DNA from: Ginglymostoma cirratum
Taxonomy: Eukaryota
Direction: 5' to 3'
DNA: 64,000 nt
NCBI GenBank assembly: GCA_024137785.1
Contig: JAHRHZ010000031.1
Location: forward strand, 17,069,653 to 17,133,652
The translations under genes and the position numbers were made by a program. The first letter of the stretch is position 1, and the number at the start of each line of letters is the position of its first letter. The notes below the pieces were generated by a model. That model was given only the letters and a program-made list of their open reading frames with translations. It was not told where the DNA came from and did no database searches. Shown here in pieces: positions 25,460 to 39,429 of this stretch.

Positions 25460-25656
25460 GGAAAATCATTAATTTCTCCCTGCGTTACAGTGTGTTGTTT
25501 CAGGTGGGACCCTGCACAGATCTGGGCCGCCACCTAGCTCCAGGTTGGTAAGGTCTTGGTTACATGTACTCCTTTACCAGTCAGAGGGAAAACCACTGCC
25601 CTCTTTTCCACCAGCATCTCCAGGACCCTGTTGGCAAACTGAGGAGCTAACTTGCC
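25460..25656 (-). mobile_element. Harbinger-type Myb/SANT-like (trihelix) ORF remnant
   Basis: The rc reads GKLAPQFANRVLEMLVEKRAVVFPLTG..TLPTWS*VAAQI...KINDF, matching the R.PRFSD..LE.L...R..LFP...W..VA......KK.ND pattern. Confidence 0.6.
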
Positions 25657-26249
25657 AGTTAGAGCCCTTTCCTTAGAAAACACTGAAGCACCAGTGTGTT
25701 AGAAGGCCAGTTCCCCTGCACTGCCTAAAGCACACTGAAGCAGATGGTGCCTGTTGCATGAACATTGTAAAGGCTCGGCAGTTGGCAAAGATATCCACCT
25801 CTCCCTGCAAGATTGTAGGGGGCCAGTTGCTAAATACTGAGCTGAAGAGTGGGAGACTTCATGATAAAAGCTACTATGGGACACAGTGGACTGGACCCTG
25901 TGAATCTCACTTGAAAAAAACACTTTACCAAAAAAGGGGAACATTTAATCGTCTGAAACAAACCTTTTCAAAGAAAGAATTTCTTTCAGGAAGTGCAGAA
26001 ACCGATTCTCACCAATTAATTATTGCTGCTATAAGATACGTTGGGACTGATGGTCTGATTTATAACAGATTTAGTCATTTCCTTTTTGTGGAGATGTGAT
26101 GTGGGTTCTCCCCTTTTAGTCAATAAGATTTCAGGAAATTAATCGTGACAGTAGGCCAATGCCTAATCACTTACATAATCTTAAAGCTAGCTGTCTTCTT
26201 ATACATTGTTTTGTGATGTGCATAAGGAAGTTAACCAACTTTAATTTGA

Positions 26250-26700
26250 TTTGATTTCTTACTGTCACATGTACGAAGGTACAGTGAAAAGTGTTGCCTT
26301 ATGCGCTTTACGGGCAGGCCGTACAATACAAATGCATCAGAGTAACAGAACAAAGTGCAGGATACAATATTGCAACTTTCGAGAAGGTGCAGAGAGAGAT
26401 CAACATTAACATTAGGCAGGTCCATTCAAAAGTTTGATAATAGCGGGGAAGAAGCTGTCCTTAAATCTGTTTGTACTTTTATCTTTAATCCGAGTGAAGA
26501 GGGTGGAAGATAGTATAACCATGGTGGGAGGATCTTTGATTATATTTGTTACTTTCTTAAGGCAGCAGGATGTATAGATGGAGTCAATGGATGGAAGGCT
26601 GGTTTATGTGATGGACTGGACTGTGTTCATAACTCTCTGTAGTTTCTTGCGGTCTTGGGAAGAGCAGTTACCATACCATGCTGTGGTGCATCCAGATAGG
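26250..26700 (-). mobile_element. Rex1/Babar LINE 3' end
   Basis: The rc encodes LSGCTTAWYGNCSSQDRKKLQRVMNTVQSIT*TSLPSIDSIYTSCCL and ends in tgtgacagtaagaaatcaaatcaaa, a short-repeat tail. Confidence 0.85.
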
Positions 26701-28299
26701 AAATAGCAATAAAGCCCTAAACACTAGGTCAACAGAGGATCCATTGTAGATACCTGTATTTAGTTTCATTTGGAACTGCGTTGACTATTTTACAGGCTCT
26801 GTAGAAAGAATAGTTTCTCTTGACAAAACAGACTCTCTTTGTCTCATTGGAGAATGAAACATCTATGAAAGAAGATAAACGTGTTTGAAAACCCAAACTA
26901 TAGCTAATTACTCCCCACGGCATCTTTAATACGGACCACTCAAAGATCTTTGCCAAAGAAGAAAATAGCAGCCTTCACAGAAAGAAAACTGGTCACTATA
27001 GTGATGACACTACGTCAAGTATGAATCCTGGACAGCCCTCATGCTAGTCACAAGGGCAAGCTCCTGACTGTGGAAAAAATGTGAGTAAATATCACTTGTA
27101 CTCCACTGTAGAGTTCGTCGGTTATACTGGGACCACAGGTTTTTCATCATTTGATTGCTGTCTTCATATTAAAGAAAGATGTTTGCTGCAATGGTTCTGT
27201 ACAAAAGAGAGCACAATGGTAATAGAAAGTTTGCTAAAGAGGAGCACGCAGAGAAGGTGGTGAAGTAAGGTCTGTCTGAGCAAAAGTGCCACATGTGAAG
27301 TAAGTGTTTCATTCACCATTTTGCAGAGGTGTTCGTTTCCAGAGAATGTGCACAAACTCACAGTGATGGATCAAAACGCCTCCCATTGTGCTTTGCTCAG
27401 TTGGATCCAAATTAAGAACTGCTCACTTCTAACCCCAGCTTCTTTCACATTGACAATCCTTGAACATAAAGCTTGACCCCCAGTGTATTTATTTGTGCAG
27501 GTTTATTTCCATTGAGACACAGGATGCAAGTAAACTTTCTTGCAATTCTAATGTGTGATCAGAATACTTAACAGGAACGAACGTAAAATATCTATCACTG
27601 TTACCAATGTACTGTGTAAGAGAGAGAGAGGCTGTTAATTTTTTGTGAGGCAGTTTTGTTACTTCAAGAATTCTGCTGGCTTTGTTCCAGTAGTGTGATG
27701 GACGCTTAACACCCTGCCATTTACAGTAGATGGAATTGAATTGTGAAACTATTCATAATAGAATAGGCGATAGAATAGTCACTGGAGACCTTTTGTTACG
27801 TTATAGAGAGACTTCATAGATAGAAATTTCAGTGACAAATGCTTCAGGACATTTGTCTTTAAATCTGCTGGTCTTGGATGTGCTCATATCAAATCAGTGC
27901 AGCAGATTTGCAAACTGTGCATGACTTGTTCATTCCCACTTTAAACCACAGGAAGAACTGAGATAAGCCATTAAAGTTTAAGCTAGCATTAACTCATTGT
28001 ATAAAGAGTTTATTCAAAAGTGGGACAAATTAAAATCTGATTGTTCTCTAAATGGTTAATTACACATATCTATTGTTTATATTAATTAAAAATGTAGCTC
28101 TGCAAAAGATGAATGTTTTTATTTGTGTGTATTTATCTAAATAATAATAATTTAACAATTTATATTACTAGTTCTCTGATAAAATTAATTTTTCTGCCTA
28201 GCCAATGAACACTTCCTCCTTAACTGAAAATATGTACGTTTCAAAATAATATTTTTTGAAAAGAATTGTTGAAAATTCCCTGGTCACGACAACACATTT

Positions 28300-28395
28300 G
28301 ATCGTAGAGTTACGCAGCATGGATACAGGCCGTTCGGCCCAACTCGCCCATGTTGACCAGGTTTCGTAAACTGAACCAGTCCCATTTGCTGTTAG
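28300..28395 (-). mobile_element. CR1/HER1 3' tail fragment
   Basis: atcgtagagttacgcagcatggatacaggccgttcggcccaactcgcccatgttgacc..agtcccatttgc. Confidence 0.75.
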
Positions 28396-28724
28396 ATTTA
28401 TGGAGCAGAATTGGAACCAACACTGTACAACTGTAGAACATTTAGCAGTCAAGATGCTTAATTACATGAGAGGTCAGGCATCAGTTACCTAGTGGTGAGG
28501 AAGCCTCTTGTGATTATGTTAGAGGTGGGAATGTGCCCTTGTGGGAAACTCAGCCATTTGTGGCAGGATGTCATCTGGACTGTCGACAATGAGGGATGAA
28601 AAAGAAGCAGCTTGGGTATCCTGTGCCGATGGATGGGCCAGTAATAGGAAGGTATAGTAGGTTGGACCCTGAAAGCCTTGCTCCTGTCCTTGCCTCTGAA
28701 CCCCCTGCTTCTCCAGGGTTCACT

Positions 28725-31475
28725 TACTTTACTCAATATTGCCTATGGTCTGTCAGCTAGTGGGCAGGATGTGGAAGGACAAATCTGCAGGGAAATTGCA
28801 GAGAAATGCCAACATTATAGAGTTGTTTTAATGTGAGACTTCAATTACCCAAGTATAGACTTGGATACTGGTAGTGCAAAAGTCAGTAAGGGACTAGTGT
28901 TCTTAGATTGATTCAGGAGAATTTCCTACAGCAGTGTGTGTACAGTCCAACAAGAAAAGATGCAATCACTGTTGGACCTGCATTTTACAGTCATGTAAGC
29001 CAAGTGGACCAAGCATTATAGGGCAGTACTTAGGAGACATTGATTATTGTATTGTGTTGATGGTGCAGAATGACAGTAGTCATTCCAGCGTAAGAAACAT
29101 CAATTGGTGGTGAGCCAACATGAATAGAATAAGAAAGCTCTGGGCAGGATAGACTGGAGTGAAAGGTTGTCAAAAGGAACTGTAAATAAGCAAATTTCAA
29201 AGAGAAGATGGTTTTGTGTACAGTAAAGGTATGAACACAGAATCTCTACAGTGTGGAAACAGGCCCTTCAGCCCAACAAGTCCACACTGAACCTCAGAGC
29301 ATCCCACCCAGACCCACCACTCCCTGAACACTATGGGCAATTTAGCAGAGGCAATCCACCTAACCTGCACATCTTTGGACTGTGGGAGGAAACCCACACA
29401 GACACGGGGAGAACGTGCAAACTCCACACAGACAGATGCCTGAGGCTGGAATTGAACCTGGGTCCCTGGTGCTGTGAGGCAGCAGTGCTAACCACTGTGC
29501 CACCATGCCACCCTATATGTTCTCTCAAAAATGAATGGTAGGGCAAATAAATGTGGAATTCTCTGGCTGACAACAAAGATAGAAATTAAGATAACGAGGA
29601 CAAAATGTGCTATGACAGGTGTCATGTAGAAGATGCAATTGACAACCAAGGGGAATGCAAGGGGAAAGTTCAGAGGGGATGTGAAAAGCATATTAGAGAA
29701 ACAAAGAGTTATTATGAGAAAAGACTGGCAGCCAACCTAATGGGGAATACCAACACCTTCTATAGGTATATACATAGGGAGAGTGTTAAAGGAGGAGTAG
29801 GCCTGATCAGGGACCAACAAAGTGATTTACATATGGAAGCAGGGAGCGTGGCTGATACAGTAAATGAATACTTTGTATCTGCCCTTACTAAAATGGGAGG
29901 TGCTGTCCAGAACCATGGTGATAAAAAAGAAAACAAGAAGGGTTCAAAATTGACAAAGAATTAGTTTTGGAAACACTGATGCTACTCAGAGTTGATAAGG
30001 CACTGGGACTGGATGAGACAGATCCAATGATATTGCAGGAAGTGAGCATGGAAATTGCAGGAGCACTGGCCATAATTTTCCAGTCTTCCCTAGACCCCAG
30101 AAGATTGGAGAATTTCAAAGATCATAGCCCTGTTCAAAGAGTATTGTAAAGAGAAGCCCAGCAACTACAAACCAACCAGTTTAACTTCAGTTTCCAGTAA
30201 CAATTATTCAGGTTAGTATTAGTAGTCACATGGAAAAAGGTTGGTTGATTAGGAAGATTCAGCGTGAATTCCTAAAGAGGAAATCGCCTTTTAACTAACT
30301 TATTGGAGTTTCTCAAAGTGGAAACAGAAAGGGTCTATGAGGGTCATGCTGATATAGTGTACATGAACTTCAAGAAGGCATTTGATACAATGCCACATAA
30401 TAGATTTGTGAGAAAAGTTATAGCTTAGTGAACAGAAGGGACAGCAGTAACATGGATACAACATTGTTTGAGTGATAGGAAACAGAGAGTAATATTCAAT
30501 GGATATTTTTCAGGTTGGAGGATAGTAAGTAGTGGAGTTCCCCAGAGGTTGGTATTGGAACCCTTACTTTTTCTTATTTATAATAACGATCCAGTTCTTG
30601 GTGAGCAGCAGATAATTTCAATGGTTGCTGGTGGTAGAAAACTTGGAAGCATTGTAAACTGAGAGAAGGACAGTTTAGAATTATAGAAGGACATTGACAA
30701 ATTGGGGGATTGGGCAGGTAGTTGGCAGATGAAGTTCAAGACAGAGAAAAGTGAGATAATACATTTTGGACAGAAAAACAGGGATAATAAGGTGTGTTAT
30801 TCTAGAGTGGGGTGCAGGAGTAGAGGGATCTTGGTGCACATGTGCTCATATCGTTAAAGGTAACAGAACGAGTGGAGTGAGCGGTTAATAAAACATACAG
30901 TGTTCTCAGCTTTATTAATCAATTCATAAGAGTACAAAAACAAGAAGGTTATGCCGTACTCATATCTTGTTAGACCTCAGCTGCTGTATTGTGTACTGTT
31001 TGTGTGCCACACCATAAGAACGATGTGAATGCAGTGGAGAGATTGCAGAGCAGATTTTCATGTATACTCCAAGAGATATAAAATCGAAATTATAAGGAGA
31101 GATTGGAGAAGTTGGGACTGTTTTCCTCAGAGAGAAGAAGGCTGAGTAGAGATCTGACAGATGATTTCATAATTGTGAGGAGGCTGGTTAACGTAGATTG
31201 GGAGAAATTGTTCCTGCTCATAAAAGGATCGAGAACAGGAAAGCACAGATTTAAAGCGATTTGCAAAAGAAGCAAACGGAATTTGAGAAAAACCTTTTTG
31301 GTCAGGGTTAGGAATGCACTAAAAGGAAATATGGTGGAGGCAGGGTCAGTCAAGGCATTCAAAGGGCATTGATGATTGTTTGAATAGAAATAATGTAAAT
31401 GGTTACAGCGAAAGGGAGAATGATGCTAAGTCATGATGGATCACTTGGCACAATGGACAAATGGCTTCCTCTCTA
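28725..31475 (+). mobile_element. Long decayed CR1 LINE ORF2 (endonuclease, RT, 3' end), interrupted by a SINE
   Basis: Contains endonuclease-like QICREIAEKC..YRVVLM*DFNYP, then DKALGLDETDPMILQEVSMEIAGALAIIFQSSLD, YMNFKKAFDTMPH, SGVPQRLVLEPLLFLIY and LEKLGLFSSERRRL. Multiple stops and frameshifts. Confidence 0.92.
29238..29513 (-). mobile_element. HE1-like V-SINE nested inside the CR1
   Basis: The rc head is gggtggcatggtggcacagtggttagcactgctgcctcacagcaccagggacccaggttcaattcc. CR1 sequence resumes on both sides. Confidence 0.9.
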
Positions 31476-33426
31476 CAGTAACAGTTCTGCAGGACACCTG
31501 GGATCTGAGGGATCAGGCCAAGCATATATCTCCTTAATAAATGAAATCAAAATTGACGAAATTAACAACTCAAGAACTAAGGAAGAAACCTTAGTTAAAG
31601 TGGATAAATTAATGTCAATTAACATACAGAAAAAGAACTGAAGAGAGCGAAATAAAGATTGAATCAAATGGGTAAGAAGAAATAAAAAAAATTAATTTTA
31701 ATTTTCAATAAATCTCCAGAATAAATCTGAAGCAGTGAAACCACACATATGAAGTTGGTAATTTTCTGTGTCAGAGAGATTGACTGACAATTGAAATAAT
31801 TGTTAGTGTAGCAATTATTTGTGGTCATCCAAGTTGTGTGTGAATTTCGGTGGAGGAATGCCAGTGCAACGCCAGATACAGTGACTTTACCTAATTGTTG
31901 GCTGATCGAATGAACCAGCATGTTCCTTCAATTGGTCATAATAGGCAACACACACACTATAGTCAACCAGCCCACATTTACAACATCCAAAATGCAATGT
32001 CCACTGTCAGATGTGATTTTGTGAATCAGTCACACTTGCTGCCCAGTTTTGAGTGCTGAATAATCACACTAATAACCAATCTGTTGAGCACATAACACAG
32101 TTCATTTTTGCACGCTAGAAACGGCATACGTTTGAACACATGGACCCACTTTCTGTAACGTTTGTTCAAACTTTGCAAATTTTTTGAATTACCTGAGAGC
32201 TTAGGGAGCTTATCGTTGCCTATTGCTTTCTCCTTGGCAACACCTTGGCCAGTCAGAATTGACTTGCCAATCAATATAACATACTTTTCTACTGTTGTAT
32301 AAATTGTTGTGATTGTTTGAAATTTGACATTTGTCTGTTTGTCTTGATAAATGCAAGTCTGAGCATTTTGGCAACATCTTCCTGTTTTCAAGAAGTTATT
32401 GTGAGCTGCCTTAATGGGTGAAAAATCCTATTTAATTTTGCCAATGTTGCATCAAAACATGCATCATGAAATCATTTATTTTCTTAGTCTTTTTAAATAA
32501 CCAAGAAAATTGTCTTAAAAAAAAGCTTTCTTTATGTTCTAGTCTTCAAATAATATCACAATATCTAGTGGTTGGTGTCTTTTTGTTGACATTAATCGCA
32601 CGCTTCAGCATGTTCGGCAGAAGTGTCTCAGTATTTTTCTTTCATCGTTCGTCTTCACTTTGATTGCTGTTCTCATTGATTAACCTTCAACAGATGTACT
32701 AAGTATGTGTGTTTTTCAGCTTTAAATTTATGTGCTTTGTTAAAATGTGAAGGAGCACTGTTTCATGAAGAAATGGTAAACCTTTCCCTTTGACCTGGAA
32801 GAGGGTAGAGCAGATGGGCGTGTGTCATTCACGTTACAACATTGCCCACCCAGTAGTTCGGCTGATAAATGCACTTGCCAGGTTGCAAAGAGCCAAGGAA
32901 ACCAGAAAGACCCCAGGTCTGTCGTGAGGCAATGATATCGGCAAGGTTTTGATTCATGGAGCAGCAACCTTCTGAACAAAGCAGAGAAAAATTTCGTCGG
33001 GGTTCCCACTTTTGATTGTCATCCAGCAACACCCATTGTTAGATCCGTCAATGTTAGAGCAATGACGGCAGGGTCCAATTCAACTTAATGCCCCTCAAAT
33101 TGAAATGCTGTTGACCCCCTGCTCCCTAGACACACCTCTGAATTATAGGTAGTTTGTCGATATACCACAGGGCCAAAAGTACCTGTGAGCCACATTCACA
33201 AAATGTGTCAGCTCCTTCAAGAGATGAGGGGAATAAATGAGATAAAAGGGAATTTTCTGATCCAGTTTGCCTGATTTGCTCAATGTATCATGTGGTTGCA
33301 AACAAAGCAGGAAAGGTTTGCCAAGCATATGTTCATGGAGAAGGTTTAATGTAACTTGGCTCTTTCGTGTAATATTCTTGTTGTTATTTGAGTATACAAT
33401 CATTATCAAATTATACTCTTTTACAG

Positions 33427-33622
33427 TCCGTTCCATCAACAGATGGTGACAGTGATATGATCGATTTAGGTCAAAGACCGAAAAATCCAATACCGAATAT
33501 TCCTACGACACTAGATAGGCAAACGAATTGGAGCAAAGATCTACCTCTTCCTACTCCAGAACAGAAGATGCGTCAGCAAGCTGAGGCTATTTCTTCCTGT
33601 GTTATTCCCATCAATGTGACTG
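33427..33622 (+). CDS. NHS: NHS coding exon (human exon 4 equivalent), 196 nt, phase 0 to phase 1
   Basis: Acceptor tactcttttacag and donor ACTG|gtacag. It encodes [66 protein letters not shown], containing the NHS-family WSKxLPLPTPEEKM...IPINVTG motif. Confidence 0.96.
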
Positions 33623-33834
33623 GTACAGTTCCATGTCTTCATATTGATAGAGAAAAAGCTATGCAGGATCAGGGTTGAGCAAATGCACAGAAATTTTGCT
33701 TTCGCATCTGGGTGGAGTTTTGTGGGAATATGAAACTTTTCATGACTTTGTACAAATGGTCATTCTTGATAGTGACTACATGCCATTCTGATGGACAGTG
33801 GGAGCCTGAATTTGGTCATATCCTTATCCAATGC

Positions 33835-34070
33835 CCACATCCACCACATACCAAATTAATATTCACACATAAACACAGTACAAACACATAAACATACTAC
33901 TCAAACATAAAAAGACCACCCACACATCCACATACACACCCGCTAACCACATATAATCATACCAATCATACATGAATACAGCACCCACACATGAACACAC
34001 CCATCCACACATAAGCACACCATTCTTCAATAAACACACATCCGCACACAAACAGACCACGCGCACAGAC
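33835..34070. repeat. CA-rich low-complexity tract
   Basis: Degenerate cacacata/cacaccc runs. Confidence 0.75.
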
Positions 34071-34857
34071 CAGTGTTTCCTGGGAAGCAATCAGAAAGAG
34101 AAACACTAGTTAGTTTCTGCTCTTTAGATAGAGAATGATGCAGTCTTTAACGGGTTTACGTTTGATTTTATTCAGTGAATACAGAGAATTACAAGTCATT
34201 CTAAAGTTTCATTCATTTTTCTAATAGTTCCAACATTCAATATGCAGCATTAGGTTCCTAAACAACACATTTTTTTCTAATTGTTGGTGGAAATTAAATT
34301 GAATGATACTATGCTAGTACAGGTTTGAGGTTTAATAAATCCAATTCCGTTATGCACAACTTTTGTAGTGTGTATGTGTTTAGATGCACTTGATATATGT
34401 TAGAATTGTAAAGATTCAAATTTGTATTCACTATTATATAATAATCTAAATTTGGTCATGATTATATGAATTTGAAAAGAGGTGCTGAATACACAAAGTT
34501 TTCTGAATTCTTGTTTAAAGCTGAATATTCATGATAGCAATTCATCATAATAGTTATTAAAAGTAATGCCCATGTAAACATATTAAAATACAACCCAATG
34601 TTTTAGTCAGTTGATTGAATTACACTTTAAAGTACTTGAAGTAATTTCTTTTTCAAGCACACCATGGCTTACAAAAATCTAGAGAGGATTGTTGTTGTCA
34701 GGACACCATGACAATGACTCATCAAGTTTGCCTCAGGAGTAGCTGAGTCACAGTTTTATTTTCAGGCTTCTATTAAGTAAGGTGTTCTTCACTCTGGATC
34801 TCTACAATTAGCCTCGGCATTCCTGTTTTAGGAAGTGGTCAGGAGAAGTCCATGAGA

Positions 34858-35015
34858 TGTTGCGAATCGGTATCCATCGGCTCCTGCTGCTCCTGACTAT
34901 AAGTTGAGGTCAAGATTGGCCTGGATGCTGATAACCCCTGATGTTACGTGGCCTGTCAGCGTTAAGTGCTGAGGTGCATCTATAAATAAAGGTCACTTGA
35001 CAGAGGTACCAGAAG
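34858..35015 (+). mobile_element. Possible decayed solo-LTR fragment
   Basis: Starts tgttgcg and contains taaataaaggtcacttg..ggtaccag, which resembles the 3' part of the LTR at 21009-21257. Confidence 0.3.
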
Positions 35016-37681
35016 AAGCTGGACTTAATATCCTGGCAAACACTCAATACCATTTGAAAGGGGAGGAAATTTGGCTACAAAAACAGAAAAAGAAATAAGA
35101 AAGTGGCACTGCAGAATAATATTGTAACCTGTGATCATTATAAATTGGCAGTGCTCTGCAGAAATGTAAGCTGCAAGGTCAGTGTGCCTTTTGTGATCTT
35201 CTAGCGATTGTGGATGCAGAGATGTGTAATTATGTGCCTAAATTGCTAAGGTATGCTTCATGAGTAGTCATTGCCCATGCAAATTCCCAATTTAGTAGTA
35301 AAGAAAGAAGCAGTGCACATTTAAAGATGTTTCAGTTTTATATGTTGTCATTAATGGTCACCCAGTATCCAGTCTGACTGGATCATTATTAACATGATTA
35401 CTTCATGTGGCAATTGTTGACTGACATTGGGCTGTTTGCACTATGTTAGCCTCACCAGTGCTTTCGGTGATGTCATAAGCATAGACACCATGGAAACACC
35501 GATAACAGTTTGACAGATGATGCAATGTCGTACATAGCAAGCAAGATGCCAGCTTCTGTTTAAATGTAAGCAACAGATGGCAATGATGACAGTATCAATT
35601 ATTCCAGGTCACAGTGACACCCTAATTCTCAGAACTGCACCTCAGTCCACCCCGAGGAATAATTTGTTACATTACTTTTTTAATCCACTGGTGACTAAAA
35701 GCAAAGGTGTGTACAGATTATGACCCTAAGTGAAGAGAACATTAATTTGTGGGAGCCTGATTCCTATCAAAGCTTCCAGATGACTTTCTCTCGTCTGATA
35801 CTTGGGGTCTTTGCCACACAGAATGCTCTGGGACTGTTCCAGTGCCTGTTTGAGAAGTGGGCATCGATGTTAGATCAAAATTCTTCAAGCAGGTGTAATG
35901 AAATCGTAAACCTGTTCTTCACAAACTCAAGTACGATTTACTTTGCATGCAGAGAAAATCTTCCCTCCTGTGTCAGTCACCTCAATAATTTTAGTATATC
36001 GTGTGACTTTTGTGATTTTTTTAAAACTCCAGCCTCCAAAATTTGCCCCCGTTTTGAAAGACTTGGGGTCTTCCACATGCCTCAGCCTCCCTCAGTACCT
36101 AACTACTCATTATGTGTGGCCATGGTCAATGAGTGAAAGCAGGCTACTTCACCAGGATAAACTAATTACTTTTTCATTTTACCGAAATTGTTCGTGGTAG
36201 GGGTAATGTCACAAATGAAACCATCGGTTCTCTTTGCCATACACAAGGTCCTCTCCTTTTATCGCTCTCTCCTATACATGGTTTCTATAAACAATTTTAT
36301 ATTTCTACTCCAACTCAGGGATAATCCTGGGAACTTAATGTCTAAAGAACGCAGCTCCACATTGGGTAATGTTTTTGAGCTGCACTTTTTTTTTGTAAAG
36401 CACTTGAAGAGATTATCAATTCTTTACATATATGAAAAATCGAGACGTTTCACTGAAGCTACTTAGTCCCTCATTGCTTACTCTTTCCCAAGCTCAAAGT
36501 TCAGGCTGGAACAGTACTACATTTTATTAGGTTTAAAGTATTTCTTGGTATCCTCCATATCAGGGATAATGCTGGAAGACATGGATTATGTATCCCGACA
36601 CCGAATGGTTTTCAATCTACTGTAACTGAATGATAGGTTTTGCTTAATATGCACAATCTGATCTATAGGATACTTCAGTTCCACAAGCCTAGCTGACTCG
36701 CCAAGAGGTGTACCTTTCTTATCCCCACATTTAAGTATTGTTTGGCGTAATGTTAATACTGTCTACTCCCCTCATTAACTCGTCCTCTTTTTGATCAGAA
36801 ATGAGTGAGCAGTGCAGGAATGTTGGCCATGCTACCTTCACATGACCATTCTTCAAAGTGAGCACAGCCTCTGAGAGTGTTCATGGGCTGCTCAAATGAG
36901 AAAGCATTGTTACCTCACATCAACCTTAGCGGACCTCTGAACACAAGCTCACTTGTCTAGGTGTAGGTATTGGAAACCCAGCTCATTTCCCCTTTCCATA
37001 GTCTGATAGTCAGTTTATGTTGACCATTCCACGTGGCCTAAAAATCAATCAGCTCACTGCTACCTCACCACCCTCCTGAGTAATCTGATTTTTCATGATT
37101 TCTAATAATTAGCTCCCTGAGGTTTAACCCAGTGCTTCCCAGACTTTTTCCCACAGTGACTGCATCTCGAGCCTAGGAAACTGTCAGTGAGCAGTAGGTG
37201 GGAGGAGAGAACCTGTTAGACCGGGTGGATTGAGGTCCAGCTATGGCGTCCGTGGAGCTGATGGCCCTAAAATTTCAGATGACAGCCCCTACAATGTTTT
37301 TCGATGAGCAATTAATGCTTGAACAATTCTTAGTTTTCACATAATTGACCAAGAATGGTTTTTGTGTTTCTATTAAAATGTTTGCTGCTGTTATAGCCAG
37401 GGCTAACAATGTAGAAGATACTAGAAACACACATTGTGCCCATGGGCGTTTGCACAGATGAAGTGCAGATCAGTGTTGTGGTTTGGGAGCCAGTTTTTGG
37501 AAAAATGTTTAGTAATGCTCTGGATCCTTTTATGAAAATGCTACGTATCATACAAATTTAAATTAATTGGCTTAAACAAGATTTGGTACCAATATACTAA
37601 ATAGATTTAGCAGTACATGGTTAACTACAATATAATGCTTTTGAAAACATGTACAGTTTTCTTTTCCTTTCTCAATTACAG

Positions 37682-37813
37682 GAGTGGGTTTTGAGAGGCA
37701 GGTCATCGGCAGATACTCTTTTGTGCATCCTCAGTCTGCGCTGCATCGAAGGCGGAAGCTAAAGAGGCGAAAGACTATCAGTGGAATCCCCAGGCGTGTG
37801 CACCAAGAAATAG
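37682..37813 (+). CDS. NHS: NHS coding exon (human exon 5 equivalent), 132 nt, phase 1-1
   Basis: Acceptor ttttcttttcctttctcaattacag and donor ATAG|gtaaca. It encodes (G)[43 protein letters not shown], with the NHS basic [18 protein letters not shown] motif. Confidence 0.97.
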
Positions 37814-37944
37814 GTAACACTTTAAAAGCCACGAACGATATTTTTCTGCAAATTCTACTCATAATTTTGAAGTAAACCTTAGAGGCAGACATAAACTAGT
37901 CAGAACAGATTTTTCTCACTCTTTAAAGAAAAAGAAAAAAGATT

Positions 37945-38430
37945 TGATTTCATTCAGCAACTTTCATGACTTCATAATGTCTCAAAATGCTTTTAAGTAC
38001 AGTGGTTTTAAAGTGAAGCCGTTGTTATAATGGCACACAAACAGAATTGTGAAGGTGACTAGATATTTCTGTCATGTTAGTTGAGGGATAAATATCGCGA
38101 AGGACACCTATTCTTCAAAAGAGAACAGACAGAGTTTCGGTTTAATGGCTTGTTCTAATACAAGCTCCTCCAGCAATGCAGTACTCTCTAGGTTCAGATG
38201 AAAGTAAATTACTGCGGATGCTGAAATTCTGAAACGATAAAAAACATAAGTGGCGGACAAAACCCAGCAGGTCTGGCAGCAACTGTAAAGAGGGAGAAAG
38301 AGAGTTGATGTTTATAATCAAGTAAGACTCTTTGTCAGCATTGCCTGGAGCATCAGGCTTATTTCTGTACTCGTGTCTTTGAAGTAGGATTGAGCGTTCA
38401 AGCTTCTGACTCCGAAATGTGAGCCAAGCC
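37945..38430 (-). mobile_element. DeuSINE (SacSINE1-like) interrupted by a Penelope-like fragment at ~38195-38338
   Basis: gttagttgagggataaatatcg..aggacacc, tcggtttaat and tccagcaatgcagtactc match the Deu domain (rc). The insert ttactgcggatgctgaaattctgaaac..cagcaggtctggcagca is the rc of the 15257 family. Confidence 0.7.
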
Positions 38431-38572
38431 TAATTTGATGCCTTTCTGGGGCAAAACTGCTCTGTTATTATTTATATTTTTTTATTTATTATTCTGAGAT
38501 GGTCATGAGTTCCAGGAGATACCGCCTGGTCTGGTGCTTACTTGCCATGTAGTAACTGATTATTGTGTATAA

Positions 38573-38741
38573 AGTTTTTGAGAAGATTTGTAGTTCGGGT
38601 TGTGGATGAGGTTGTAGACTTGCTCGCTGAACCAGTGTGTTTCATTGCAGACGTTTCGTCACCCTGCTAGGTAACACAGTCAGTGCGGCTCCACTGAAAC
38701 GTGAACAACAAAACATACCAGCTCGCCAGCAAGTCTACAAC
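38573..38741. mobile_element. Short Penelope-like insertion with internal inverted repeat and imperfect target-site duplication
   Basis: Arms ggttgtagacttgctcgctga..acgtttc and gaaacgt..gctcgccagcaagtctacaacc. Flanks are ctgattattgtgtataa (38556-38572) and ctgactattgtataa (38742-38756). Confidence 0.65.
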
Positions 38742-39429
38742 CTGACTATTGTATAAGTGAGCAATGGTAGAAGTTGCCCTTAAGAACCCACTCTGCTGCT
38801 GATTTGATGGCAAAGTGAGAATTATGAGCTACCATTGGGAGCTGCCAAGTTTGATCTCACTGTTGGCATCAATGAGGTTGGTATCTGCTGTAGCCCTGGT
38901 GCTTCTCGATGCCAGCAGTGTTGGCAGAAGAGTCCGACACTTAACAATGAGTCTGAAGGTAACGCCAATGGGATCAACTTCAGAGTGCAGTTAAATGTGA
39001 AATACATGCCCCTTATCTGAGAGCAGGGTTTACTTTGGTAATGTGTCATCTCCTGGTCCAGTCCACCCAATTAGATTGTTACATTGAGCTGCTGGCATCT
39101 TGCTGGTGTACAATTCAATGGGATCAGAGGAGGCAGAAGCAAAGGGAAGCCTCGCAGTTGATATCATCCCGTCAATGCCATCTGTTTTTTACTTGTCATA
39201 CCCTATGGGAGCAACACAATCACCTCTCATCTCTCCCTCCAGAGGGAGCTTTGGGATGGAGACCTGATATCAGGAGGACCCATTCCCATTCCAGTTCTGC
39301 CCCATCCCTCCCTGCCTGTCAGAAAGCCGCTGGTACTGGGTCAGTTCAGGGCCTTTGTTTATTCAACTAGCTTTCTTGTCATTTCAGAGTATAATCCTAG
39401 ACTCCATGTTTCACTTATTTCGCTAGCAG

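Noticed and set aside
28725-31475. Active or domesticated reverse transcriptase
   Set aside because: Numerous stops and frameshifts, a degenerate catalytic (F/Y)ADD region and a SINE insertion show it is dead.
35720-36466. 138-aa, 85-aa and 92-aa plus-strand intronic ORFs
   Set aside because: No recognisable domain or convincing splice sites, and the composition is typical of random AT-rich intron.
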